A DNA stretch of 64,000 nucleotides from assembly GCA_964593185.1 (NCBI GenBank), contig CAZQJU010000005.1, positions 2,180-66,179 on the forward strand, given 5' to 3'. Positions 49,412-57,990 of this stretch are shown in pieces (positions within the stretch are counted from its first letter, which is position 1; each line of letters starts with the position of its first letter). The translations under genes and the position numbers were made by a program. The notes under the pieces are model-generated. The model was not told where the DNA came from. It saw nothing but the letters and a program-made list of their open reading frames with translations, and ran no database searches. The stretch comes from an uncultured Roseivirgaceae bacterium. Lineage in GTDB: Bacteria > Bacteroidota > Bacteroidia > Cytophagales > Cyclobacteriaceae.

Positions 49412-52306
49412 ATGAAGAGTTTCCTACTATTTCTATCGCTTGTCGCGGCAATTGGTTCATTCGCTCAACGCAAAAAGCAGTACAATGCCATGCCTGAAGC
49501 GACAGTGGCAGAAGATCGATGGCAGGGATATAAGCAGCGTTTGAAACTTGAGCAACAGTCACTATTTAAGAACCTTCCCTTCAGGAACGTTGGTCCTACC
49601 GTCATGAGTGGACGAGTGGTAGACCTGGAGGTTGACCCTGATGATCCACTCCACTTTTACGTTGCTTATGCGTCTGGTTCACTATGGGAAACCAAGAACA
49701 ATGGCACCTCCTTCACACCCCTCTTTGACAATCAAATTGTTATGACCATTGGTGACATTGCTGTCGATTGGGTAAACGACATTATATACGTTGGCACCGG
49801 AGAAAACAACTCCAGCAGATCTTCCTACTCTGGCTATGGAATGTTCAAATCCGAAAATAATGGCGAAAGCTGGGAACACATCGGACTTTCCGAATCGCAC
49901 CACATTGGCAGAGTCTTAATTCATCCAACTGAACCAAAAATCGTATGGGTTGCGGTATTGGGACATCTGTACTCTGAGAATAGTGACCGTGGCATTTATA
50001 AATCAATGGATGGCGGGGCTACGTGGACCAAAACGCTCTTTGTGGACAACAGAACCGGATTTGTAGATCTGGTGCTACACCCGGAAAATCCCAACGTGTT
50101 GCTTGCTGCTGCATGGGAAAAGGATCGTAAAGCCTGGAACTTCGAGGATGCCGGTCCCGGAACAGCCATTTACCGGACCGAGGACGGCGGAAGCAGCTGG
50201 AGTGAACTTTCCGACAATGCAGGATTCCCGGACACCAAAGGTTCCGGTAGAATCGGACTGTCCTTTGCACTATCAGATCCCAATATCGTTTACGCTATTC
50301 TTGATAATCAAGATCGCCGAGCGAAAGATTCAGAAGATGAGCCTGGACTGACCAAAGAAGCCCTTAGAGACATGTCAAACGACACATTTCTCGACCTTGA
50401 AAACAAGGTTATCAACAAGTATCTGGACGAATACGGGTTCCCAAGTGAATACAATGCAATAGCTATTAAAAAGGATGTTGAAAAGGGTAAGGTCACCCCT
50501 TTGGATTTAGTGTCCTATGTCGAAGATGCAAACTCACTTCTTTTTGATACGCCTGTAAAAGGTGGGGAAATGTATCGGTCTGACGATGCCGGCTTGACCT
50601 GGTCCAAGACGCATGAAGGCTACATCGAAGACATGATTTACTCCTACGGCTATTACTTTGGGCAGGTCCGAGTAGATCCGAATGACCCAGACATTATTTA
50701 CACAATGGGCGTTCCAATTGTTCGATCAGAGGACGGAGGAAAGACCTTCAAGAGTATCAATGAGGACAATGTTCACGTGGACCATCATGCCTTGTGGATC
50801 AATCCGGAGAATTCTAACCACCTAATTCTGGGAAATGACGGCGGGGTATATATCAGTTTTGATTCAGGCACTAACTGGACCAATTGCAATTCGCCTTCGG
50901 TAGGTCAATTTTATGCGATCGCTGTAGACATGGACAAACCGTACAATGTCTATGGGGGACTGCAGGACAATGGTGTTTGGAAAGGGCCAAGCAATTATGT
51001 CTACTCAAGAAGATGGTATCAGGAGGGAAATTATCCATATGAACGATTGATGGGAGGAGATGGGATGCAAGTGGCCATTGACACCCGAGACAACGAAACG
51101 GTCTACACGGGATACCAGTTTGGCAACTACTTCCGATTGAACACCTCCTCTGGCACAAGAGCGTACATTACACCTAAGCATGAATTGGGTGAAGCTCCGT
51201 TTCGATGGAACTGGGAAGCCCCCATCTTACTTTCAAGACACAATCAGGACATCGTGTATTTCGGGAGTAACCGATTTCACCGATCCATGAATCAAGGTGA
51301 TGATTTCGAAACACTTTCAGGCGACCTGACCAATGGAGGTAAAAAAGGAGATGTCAGCTATGGAACGCTGACTTCAATAGCAGAGTCCCCGATACGATTT
51401 GGCTTGCTTTACGTGGGAAGCGACGATGGGCTTATCCATGTTTCTAAAGACGCCGGCATCACCTGGACTAACGTATCTGAAAACCTAAGGCCTAACTTTT
51501 GGATTAGTTCGGTCGCCGCTTCCGCTCACCAGGAAGGGAGGGTTTATGCTTCTCTTAATGGATATCGCTGGGACAATTTTGAATCCATCATCTACAGGAG
51601 TGACGACTATGGTGTCTCCTGGAAAGAAATATCGGGGAATCTCCCCAAAGAACCCGTAAACGTAATCAAGGAAGACCCTGTCAACGAAAACATCCTGTAC
51701 GTAGGTACTGATCATGGATCCTATGTCTCCATTGATAGAGGGGCTAGCTATCAAGCCTTTGTAGCGGGACTACCCAACACGCCTGTCCATGACTTGGTTG
51801 TGCACCCAAGAGAAAATGAGCTGATCTTGGGTACTCATGGACGAGGTATCTATATCGGAGATGTCTCTCAAATACAGAATGTTACAGCTGAGGTTTTAGC
51901 AAATTCGCTGCATATTTTTCCAATTGAGGAGGTCACCTATTCCACAAGATGGGGCACTCGGTGGAGTGTCTGGGCAGCGTACAATGAACCGGAATTATCG
52001 TTTGTTTTTCACTCCAATGCTTCAAGACAAGGGAAGGTTGAAATACTCAAAGGCGATACGGTAGTTTCTTCAGAGGAACTTAGCGCGGACAAAGGAATGA
52101 ATTACGCCACCGTAAGCTTAGAGACAGATGAGTCCTTCAAGGAACTTCTTGACCAAGATTCTGCCGAAGCGTATAAAATTGCCGACAATGAGAAATACTA
52201 TCTTACCAGTGGAGATTATGTCTTAAGGCTATCGCTTGGTGGCAACGAAACTTCAACCGACTTTAAGATCAAAGCGCCAAGAGCAAAACCGCAGAGAAAA
52301 GAGTAG
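49412..52306 (+). CDS. Exported VPS10/sortilin-like BNR (Asp-box) beta-propeller protein
   Basis: Repeated SxDGGxTW Asp boxes, 'GPTVMSGRV', 'HVDHHALWI', 'GGLQDNG', 'THGRG'. Confidence 0.88.
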   Translation: MKSFLLFLSLVAAIGSFAQRKKQYNAMPEATVAEDRWQGYKQRLKLEQQSLFKNLPFRNVGPTVMSGRVVDLEVDPDDPLHFYVAYASGSLWETKNNGTSFTPLFDNQIVMTIGDIAVDWVNDIIYVGTGENNSSRSSYSGYGMFKSENNGESWEHIGLSESHHIGRVLIHPTEPKIVWVAVLGHLYSENSDRGIYKSMDGGATWTKTLFVDNRTGFVDLVLHPENPNVLLAAAWEKDRKAWNFEDAGPGTAIYRTEDGGSSWSELSDNAGFPDTKGSGRIGLSFALSDPNIVYAILDNQDRRAKDSEDEPGLTKEALRDMSNDTFLDLENKVINKYLDEYGFPSEYNAIAIKKDVEKGKVTPLDLVSYVEDANSLLFDTPVKGGEMYRSDDAGLTWSKTHEGYIEDMIYSYGYYFGQVRVDPNDPDIIYTMGVPIVRSEDGGKTFKSINEDNVHVDHHALWINPENSNHLILGNDGGVYISFDSGTNWTNCNSPSVGQFYAIAVDMDKPYNVYGGLQDNGVWKGPSNYVYSRRWYQEGNYPYERLMGGDGMQVAIDTRDNETVYTGYQFGNYFRLNTSSGTRAYITPKHELGEAPFRWNWEAPILLSRHNQDIVYFGSNRFHRSMNQGDDFETLSGDLTNGGKKGDVSYGTLTSIAESPIRFGLLYVGSDDGLIHVSKDAGITWTNVSENLRPNFWISSVAASAHQEGRVYASLNGYRWDNFESIIYRSDDYGVSWKEISGNLPKEPVNVIKEDPVNENILYVGTDHGSYVSIDRGASYQAFVAGLPNTPVHDLVVHPRENELILGTHGRGIYIGDVSQIQNVTAEVLANSLHIFPIEEVTYSTRWGTRWSVWAAYNEPELSFVFHSNASRQGKVEILKGDTVVSSEELSADKGMNYATVSLETDESFKELLDQDSAEAYKIADNEKYYLTSGDYVLRLSLGGNETSTDFKIKAPRAKPQRKE

Positions 52307-52314
52307 TTAGCACC

Positions 52315-52854
52315 TTACTCCACCACCTCTATTACTAGGTTGTGGTTGGTATAGATGCAGATATCGGCTGCAATGGTCAGGCCTTCTTTCACCATCTCTT
52401 CCGCGGAAAGTTGTGGTGCATGCTTTTTAAGTGCCAAGGCAGCTGAACGGGCATATTCACTACCTGATCCGATGGCTAAAAGATCGTCATCGGGCTCAAT
52501 GACGTCACCAGTTCCTGAGATCACGAGAATCTCGCTCTTATCGGCAACAATCATCATCGCCTCCAATCTCCGAAGATAACGGTCTGTTCGCCAGTCCTTT
52601 GCCAGTTCTACGGCTGCACGCTTCAGGTTACCTGAGTAATTGCTCAACTTTTCGTCAAAACGATCTAGAAGTGTAAAGGCATCTGCTGTAGATCCTGCAA
52701 AACCTGTGACGATTTTACCGTCATTGAGTTTGCGAATCTTTTTGACATTGGACTTTGCTACTGTATTTCCCAACGTTGCTTGACCGTCTGCTCCAATGGC
52801 AACTTTTCCATTGTGCTTTACCGCCAGGACAGTTGTAGATTTGATTTTCTGCAT
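52315..52854 (-). CDS. hslV: ATP-dependent protease subunit HslV
   Basis: 'STTVLAV', 'DGQATLG', 'GFAGSTADA', '[12 protein letters not shown]', 'IGSG', 'CIYTN'. Confidence 0.96.
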   Translation of the reverse strand: MQKIKSTTVLAVKHNGKVAIGADGQATLGNTVAKSNVKKIRKLNDGKIVTGFAGSTADAFTLLDRFDEKLSNYSGNLKRAAVELAKDWRTDRYLRRLEAMMIVADKSEILVISGTGDVIEPDDDLLAIGSGSEYARSAALALKKHAPQLSAEEMVKEGLTIAADICIYTNHNLVIEVVE

Positions 52855-52890
52855 AATAAAGTGAGCACTGATTTTAGTTTCAGTGTCTAT

Positions 52891-52922
52891 AAAAACAAAA
52901 GACCCTGCAACAAGTTCAGGGT
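52891..52922 (-). terminator. Possible intrinsic terminator after PDH E2
   Basis: ACCCTG...CAGGGT inverted repeat followed by CTTTTGTTTTT on the minus strand. Confidence 0.55.
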
Positions 52923-52935
52923 GCTTTCAAACTTC

Positions 52936-54567
52936 TTAGATTAAAATTCTAACAGGATCTTCCAGTAGCTCTTTGAAGGTCACAAGGAAGGCTGCCCCTA
53001 CCGCTCCGTCTACGGCTCGGTGATCACATGACATGGTCACTTTCATTACATTCCCAGGCTTCATTTCCCCATTTTCAACAATGACCGTTTCCTTGATTCC
53101 ACTAACAGCCATGATACAGGCATCAGGTGGATTAACAATCGCAGTAAATTCCTCTATCCCAAACATACCTAGGTTTGAAATGGTAAACGTATTTCCAGAA
53201 AATTCCTCCGGTTGGAGCTTTTTGTCTTTCGCCTTTTGTGCAAGTTCTTTCACCTCTGCTGAGATGTGAGAAAGCGGCTTATTGTCTGCAAATCGAACCA
53301 CAGGGACAATTAAACCGTCAGGTATTGCAACAGCAACCCCAATGTGGATATGATCATGGCGTACCAAGTGATCACCTCCCCACGTCACATTGATATTAGG
53401 ATGCTTCCTTAAAGCTGCAGCTGCGGCCTTAATCACCATGTCGTTGAAAGAAATCTTAACAGGTGACACTTCATTCATGGACTTTCTAGCCTGAATAGCT
53501 TTGTCCATGTTGATCTCCATGGTGAGATAGAAGTGAGGAGCAGAAAACTTGCTTTCGCTTAGTCTTCTGGCAATTGCCTTTCTCATTTGGGACAATTCCA
53601 CCTTCTCTGAATTTTCTTGTCCAACAATAGAAGGAAGTTGAATCGGTGCCGCTACTGGTGCGTCTGCTTTCGCAGGAGCAGCAGAAGGGGTAAAGTTTTC
53701 AACGTCTTTCTTTATGATCCTTCCGTCAGGACCTGTTCCAGATACCTCTGAGAGGTTAATCCCTTTATCTGTAGCAATTTTTTTAGCTAACGGAGACGCT
53801 TTTACTCTTCCATTCTCCGAAATTGTAGTGGTAGCCGCTGCACTTGCAGGTGCTGCCTGTGCTGGCTCATTTTTCACCTCCGGAGCCGAGGTTTCCTGCG
53901 GTGGCGTTGGAGCTGCTGCGCCACCAGCCTTTTCGGCATCTAGCAACGCCTGAAAATCAGCACCGCCTTCACCGATGATCGCGATAACACCATCAACAGG
54001 TACTCCATTGCCAGCTTCTACTGCCGTATATAAAAGTGTTCCATCTTCATAAGCTTCCAATTCCATGGTTGCTTTGTCCGTTTCTACCTCTGCAAGAATA
54101 TCTCCAGACTCTACGGCATCACCGACCTTTTTCAACCAAGAGGCAATTACCCCCTCTTCCATCGTATCGCTCATCTTAGGCATTCGAATGATGGTCGCCT
54201 TGATGTTGCTTGTATCAATTGGACTGCTTGCTTCCGGGGTCGCAGGTTCGGCTGCAGCAGCCGGTGCAGCATCGCTTGCACTGCCATTTGAAGAGGTAGC
54301 TTCTCCCAACAATGATTGGTACTCCTCCCCTTTTTCTCCGATCACAGCTAGAATACCGTCTACCGGAACCGACTCTTTTTCTTTTACACCAATGTAAAGT
54401 AGCACCCCATCCTGATAGGACTCCAACTCCATTGTAGCCTTGTCGGTCTCTACTTCTGCTAGTACGTCCCCTGAGCTCACCTCGTCACCTTCTTGCTTCA
54501 ACCACGAGGCGATCACCCCCTCTTCCATGGTATCGCTCATCTTGGGCATTCGTATTACTTCTGCCAT
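52936..54567 (-). CDS. pdhC: Pyruvate dehydrogenase E2 (dihydrolipoamide acetyltransferase), two lipoyl domains
   Basis: Two 'EVETDKATME' lipoyl domains, 'ASPLAKKIA' E3-binding domain, 'DHRAVDG' catalytic motif. Confidence 0.96.
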   Translation of the reverse strand: MAEVIRMPKMSDTMEEGVIASWLKQEGDEVSSGDVLAEVETDKATMELESYQDGVLLYIGVKEKESVPVDGILAVIGEKGEEYQSLLGEATSSNGSASDAAPAAAAEPATPEASSPIDTSNIKATIIRMPKMSDTMEEGVIASWLKKVGDAVESGDILAEVETDKATMELEAYEDGTLLYTAVEAGNGVPVDGVIAIIGEGGADFQALLDAEKAGGAAAPTPPQETSAPEVKNEPAQAAPASAAATTTISENGRVKASPLAKKIATDKGINLSEVSGTGPDGRIIKKDVENFTPSAAPAKADAPVAAPIQLPSIVGQENSEKVELSQMRKAIARRLSESKFSAPHFYLTMEINMDKAIQARKSMNEVSPVKISFNDMVIKAAAAALRKHPNINVTWGGDHLVRHDHIHIGVAVAIPDGLIVPVVRFADNKPLSHISAEVKELAQKAKDKKLQPEEFSGNTFTISNLGMFGIEEFTAIVNPPDACIMAVSGIKETVIVENGEMKPGNVMKVTMSCDHRAVDGAVGAAFLVTFKELLEDPVRILI

Positions 54568-54683
54568 TAATCGTCTTTTTAAGATTATTCATTCAAAATT
54601 AACCCATCCAACAAAATAAAAATCAGCTATCTCAACTAAATCTAACATTGAGGAACCGATATTCTGGTGTTAAATTGCCATCG

Positions 54684-55364
54684 ATGCTAGACAGGTATAC
54701 CATTACACTTCAGCCTGATGAACTCGCGCTTGTTTTGGGAGTAGAAATACCTGAAGCATATCACATCCAATACAATGCAGCACCAAGTCATAATTTACCG
54801 GTAATTGTTAACAGGTCCAGGGACAGATTAAGTTTCCAGAAATGGGGGTTAATGTCAAATTGGACTAATAATAAGGCCATGAGTCCAAAATTTTTCAATC
54901 TGCCAATCGACTCTGTGCTCAGCAAATCATCATACAAAAAAAAGCTGCAAAACCATCGTTGCGTCATCCCAATGGATGGGTTCTACATCTGGAAGAAAGT
55001 GGCGAAAAAGCAACAGATACCACATTATTTTTTCTATCCGGACAAACGAGTTTTCTGTGTTGCGGGTCTATGGGAAGAGAACGAAGATGACAATTCTTTC
55101 ATCATGATCACCTGCCAGGCCAATGAATCGGTTCGTGAATTTCAAGAGGACATGCCCTTAATCATGGATGTGACCTCCACCAGAAGATGGCTTGAAACAG
55201 AAGACATGTCGGAATTGGAGGCCTTACTTACTCGAGAGACCGTGGACAATTTAAAATCACATACGGTAAGTCCAAGAATAATGGATATTGACCTCAATGA
55301 TGTTTCATTAATTAAACCGACGCCCGCTTCGGACCAGCATGGTAATTACACGCTGTTTTCATGA
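54684..55364 (+). CDS. SRAP/HMCES (YedK) family protein, catalytic residues substituted
   Basis: Scaffold motifs 'YNAAPS', 'KWGL', 'RCVIPMDGFY.W', 'AGLWE', 'IT..AN', 'MPLI', 'VS..I'; N-terminus is MLDRY instead of MCGRY. Confidence 0.85.
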   Translation: MLDRYTITLQPDELALVLGVEIPEAYHIQYNAAPSHNLPVIVNRSRDRLSFQKWGLMSNWTNNKAMSPKFFNLPIDSVLSKSSYKKKLQNHRCVIPMDGFYIWKKVAKKQQIPHYFFYPDKRVFCVAGLWEENEDDNSFIMITCQANESVREFQEDMPLIMDVTSTRRWLETEDMSELEALLTRETVDNLKSHTVSPRIMDIDLNDVSLIKPTPASDQHGNYTLFS

Positions 55365-56440
55365 TGAAGAAGATTTTCGTTATATCACTCCTCTGTTCTG
55401 CATGCTACTTGAGCGAAGAAATTCCTCCTGATCAACAGATTTGGGAGTATGACCTGCCGAAAAATCAACGACTGGATCAAGAGCTCTTATTGAACATAAA
55501 CAATCGAATTCTGATCCAAGATGAGGCGTATGGCACCGTCGAAGGGCTAACGATCGTAAAGAATAACCGACTGGTTTTCGAAAACTATTATTCCGGAGAA
55601 CTTAGTAGATCCACCACTAAGAGTATCGGAAAATTAGGGCTATCCATTACGCTTGCAGCCCTCGGAGTAGCGATTGACCAGAGATTCATCTCGGTTGAAG
55701 ATAGCATCCATACCTACCTCCCGGAATACAGTTCCATTTTTCAAGCAGACCCTACGAAAAGAAATATCAAAGTAAAAGATGTGCTCACGCACAGAACGGG
55801 TTTGGCTTGGAATGAGATCAGGTTTACGGACAACGATTACGAGATCATGAAATCAGAGGACGACTGGTTGAGATACTTCCTAACCAAGACACTTTTTGGC
55901 GTTGGAATCTACAACCGGAATACTGCCAATGGTATCCTGATTGCAAGAATAATTCAAAATGCTACGGGAAGGGATTTCAACGATTATGTTCAAGAAGAGC
56001 TTTTTGCTCCGCTTGCCATCGATCACCCGCCTCTGGAACAAGATGCCAGTGGAAACTACAATGGTGGGGATGGCTATCAACTTTCGATGCTGGATTTTAC
56101 CAAAATCTCCTATTTATTTCTCCAAGAAGGGTTCTGGGAGGGTCGCACACTCATTAACTCCAATCTTGTAAAAGATGCCCTCAGCAGACAGCATCAATTT
56201 TCAACTTCATTCTTTAGAAACACAACGGGCTATTTCTGGTCGTTTATGGACTCAAATGCACAAAATTCTTCCGGCTTAGACTTGAGAGATGTAACCTATT
56301 TTGTAGGTGAGACAGGTCAATCGATTTACCTCGTTCCAGAAGAAAATATGATCATCACATTTCATAGTAGCAACTTCTTTAGTCCGACCTCACAGTCGAT
56401 CAACCTTTTCTTTGACATAACCAACTCAATCTCTCAATAA
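55361..56440 (+). CDS. Beta-lactamase-fold (serine hydrolase-like) lipoprotein, active site degenerate
   Basis: Lipobox-like CSAC; 'IVKNNRLVFENY', 'LGVAID', 'VLTHRTGL', 'GETGQSIYLVP'; SxxK and the catalytic Tyr are not in register. Confidence 0.8.
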   Translation: MMKKIFVISLLCSACYLSEEIPPDQQIWEYDLPKNQRLDQELLLNINNRILIQDEAYGTVEGLTIVKNNRLVFENYYSGELSRSTTKSIGKLGLSITLAALGVAIDQRFISVEDSIHTYLPEYSSIFQADPTKRNIKVKDVLTHRTGLAWNEIRFTDNDYEIMKSEDDWLRYFLTKTLFGVGIYNRNTANGILIARIIQNATGRDFNDYVQEELFAPLAIDHPPLEQDASGNYNGGDGYQLSMLDFTKISYLFLQEGFWEGRTLINSNLVKDALSRQHQFSTSFFRNTTGYFWSFMDSNAQNSSGLDLRDVTYFVGETGQSIYLVPEENMIITFHSSNFFSPTSQSINLFFDITNSISQ

Positions 56441-57010
56441 ATGTCGCAGGATTCTGATCTCATACTTTTCGAAAAAGTAAAAGGTGGTGACCTACCGTCT
56501 TATGAGGTTATATTCAAAAAGTACTACAAAGAACTACATCGCTTTGCATTTACCTATGTGAGAGATCCGTCCATCTCCGAAGAAATGGCACAGGAGGTTT
56601 TTTTGTATATCTGGGAGAAACGCAGAAAGATTGAAATCCAAACCACCTTAAAAACCTATTTATATTCCGCGGTCAAGAACAAGTGCCTCAACTACATCAA
56701 ACTTGAATTGCCCAAACAACAATCCATGGCGGATATTAGTGAAGTCATGCTGAGCGTAAACAATCCACGAAAAGACGAAGGTGAAAACGATCAGTTAAAA
56801 CGATACATTCAGAAGGCCATTGACGCTTTGCCCAAGAAATGTAGGCGAATATTCATCCTGAGCAGAAATGCCGGGATGACGTACGAAGAAATCGCTGAAG
56901 AGCTGGATCTCTCAAAAAAAACGGTGGAAAACCAAATGGGAATTGCGCTTAAAAAACTTAGAGAATCCCTTGAAGAAGTTTATTTCAGATATAAAGAAAC
57001 GATGAATTGA
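56441..57010 (+). CDS. ECF RNA polymerase sigma-70 factor (Bacteroidota expansion type)
   Basis: 'EEMAQEVFLYIWEKR', 'YLYSAVKNKCLNY', 'LPKKCRRIFILSR..GMTYEEIA...TVENQM..ALKKLR'. Confidence 0.95.
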   Translation: MSQDSDLILFEKVKGGDLPSYEVIFKKYYKELHRFAFTYVRDPSISEEMAQEVFLYIWEKRRKIEIQTTLKTYLYSAVKNKCLNYIKLELPKQQSMADISEVMLSVNNPRKDEGENDQLKRYIQKAIDALPKKCRRIFILSRNAGMTYEEIAEELDLSKKTVENQMGIALKKLRESLEEVYFRYKETMN

Positions 57011-57025
57011 AAAAAACTGTGAAAT

Positions 57026-57056
57026 TTTTAGGGGTACAACCTGTTGTTGTTGACAT
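57026..57056 (+). promoter_or_regulatory. Putative ECF-sigma promoter upstream of the FecR gene
   Basis: TTTTTAGGGGTA-N14-TGAC. It resembles the GGGT...TGTC-type element I recall between Bacteroidota ECF and FecR genes; not verified. Confidence 0.4.
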
Positions 57057-57065
57057 GCTAGTGAA

Positions 57066-57959
57066 ATGAGCGACGAACTGAAGCGATATAACCACCTCAA
57101 GTATGAAGAAAAAGATACGGCATCTGAGCAAGATGGTTTCGTAGATTTTCTTTTCCAGCATTCAGACATCAATTGTCCGGAGGTCAATACGGATAAAGCC
57201 TGGGATCAGCTGGCTCAGCGTATGGCAACCGATAAATCCAAAAAGCAAGCCGTCTGGCTCAAGATTGCAGCCAGCATCGCGATCATTGCGACCACAGCAT
57301 TCTCCGTTTATTTCTTCAACGTAGATCCAGACCAGATTCAGGTTGCGTCCGGAGCCGAGAAAGTACTGGTTACATTCCCGGATGGTTCCACCGGATTCCT
57401 AAATGCTGCATCTGAATTTTCTTATCCTGAAAAATTCGGTTTAAGCCGTGACGTTGAATTTTCCGGTGAGGCTTATTTCGATATCAAAAAAAGTAAGAAA
57501 CCTTTCGTTATCAATGCAAATGGAGTTGATGTGAAAGTACTGGGAACAGCCTTTAATCTGGTAACATCCGAAAATGAAGTGCATCTCTACGTGGATAGAG
57601 GTTTAGTTGCATTTGAAAAGGACGGAGAGGAGACGCCTGTAGAGGCAGGGAAGCAAGCCGTATTTGACAAAGTGACCAATACGGTGAGCATCAAAGATGT
57701 TCCAGACGCCAACATCATGAGTTGGAGAAACGGCACCTTCAAATTCGAGGATACTCCTTTTGGCGAGGTGCTCAATGAGTTGAGTGGCTACTACGAAGTA
57801 GAATTTAAGCTTGCCAATAAAAACCTTAAGTCTTGTCGGGTATCAGCATCAATCAATGGGCGATCATTGGAAGAGGTTTTGCTGCTGCTTGAATCCATTT
57901 TGGATGTAAAAACCAAACTAAAAGACAACACCGTTAAAATTTCAGGAAAAGGCTGTTAA
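57066..57959 (+). CDS. FecR family anti-sigma factor
   Basis: Single TM, 'FPDGSTGFLN', 'GEAYFDI', 'VKVLGTAFN', 'SWRNG', C-terminal DUF4974-like domain. Confidence 0.93.
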   Translation: MSDELKRYNHLKYEEKDTASEQDGFVDFLFQHSDINCPEVNTDKAWDQLAQRMATDKSKKQAVWLKIAASIAIIATTAFSVYFFNVDPDQIQVASGAEKVLVTFPDGSTGFLNAASEFSYPEKFGLSRDVEFSGEAYFDIKKSKKPFVINANGVDVKVLGTAFNLVTSENEVHLYVDRGLVAFEKDGEETPVEAGKQAVFDKVTNTVSIKDVPDANIMSWRNGTFKFEDTPFGEVLNELSGYYEVEFKLANKNLKSCRVSASINGRSLEEVLLLLESILDVKTKLKDNTVKISGKGC

Positions 57960-57990
57960 TAGTCCGTCAGCTTAATACTTTATTTGTAGC

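Noticed and set aside
49326-49562. N-terminal extension of the ArsC ORF overlapping the VPS10 gene
   Set aside because: ArsC homology starts at MVTIYHNP (49325); the extension is antisense overlap.
52315-52854. hslV without an adjacent hslU
   Set aside because: The two genes are often unlinked in Bacteroidota; absence from one window is uninformative.
54040-54560. Nucleotide direct repeats within PDH E2
   Set aside because: Ordinary duplicated lipoyl domains, not a mobile or CRISPR repeat.
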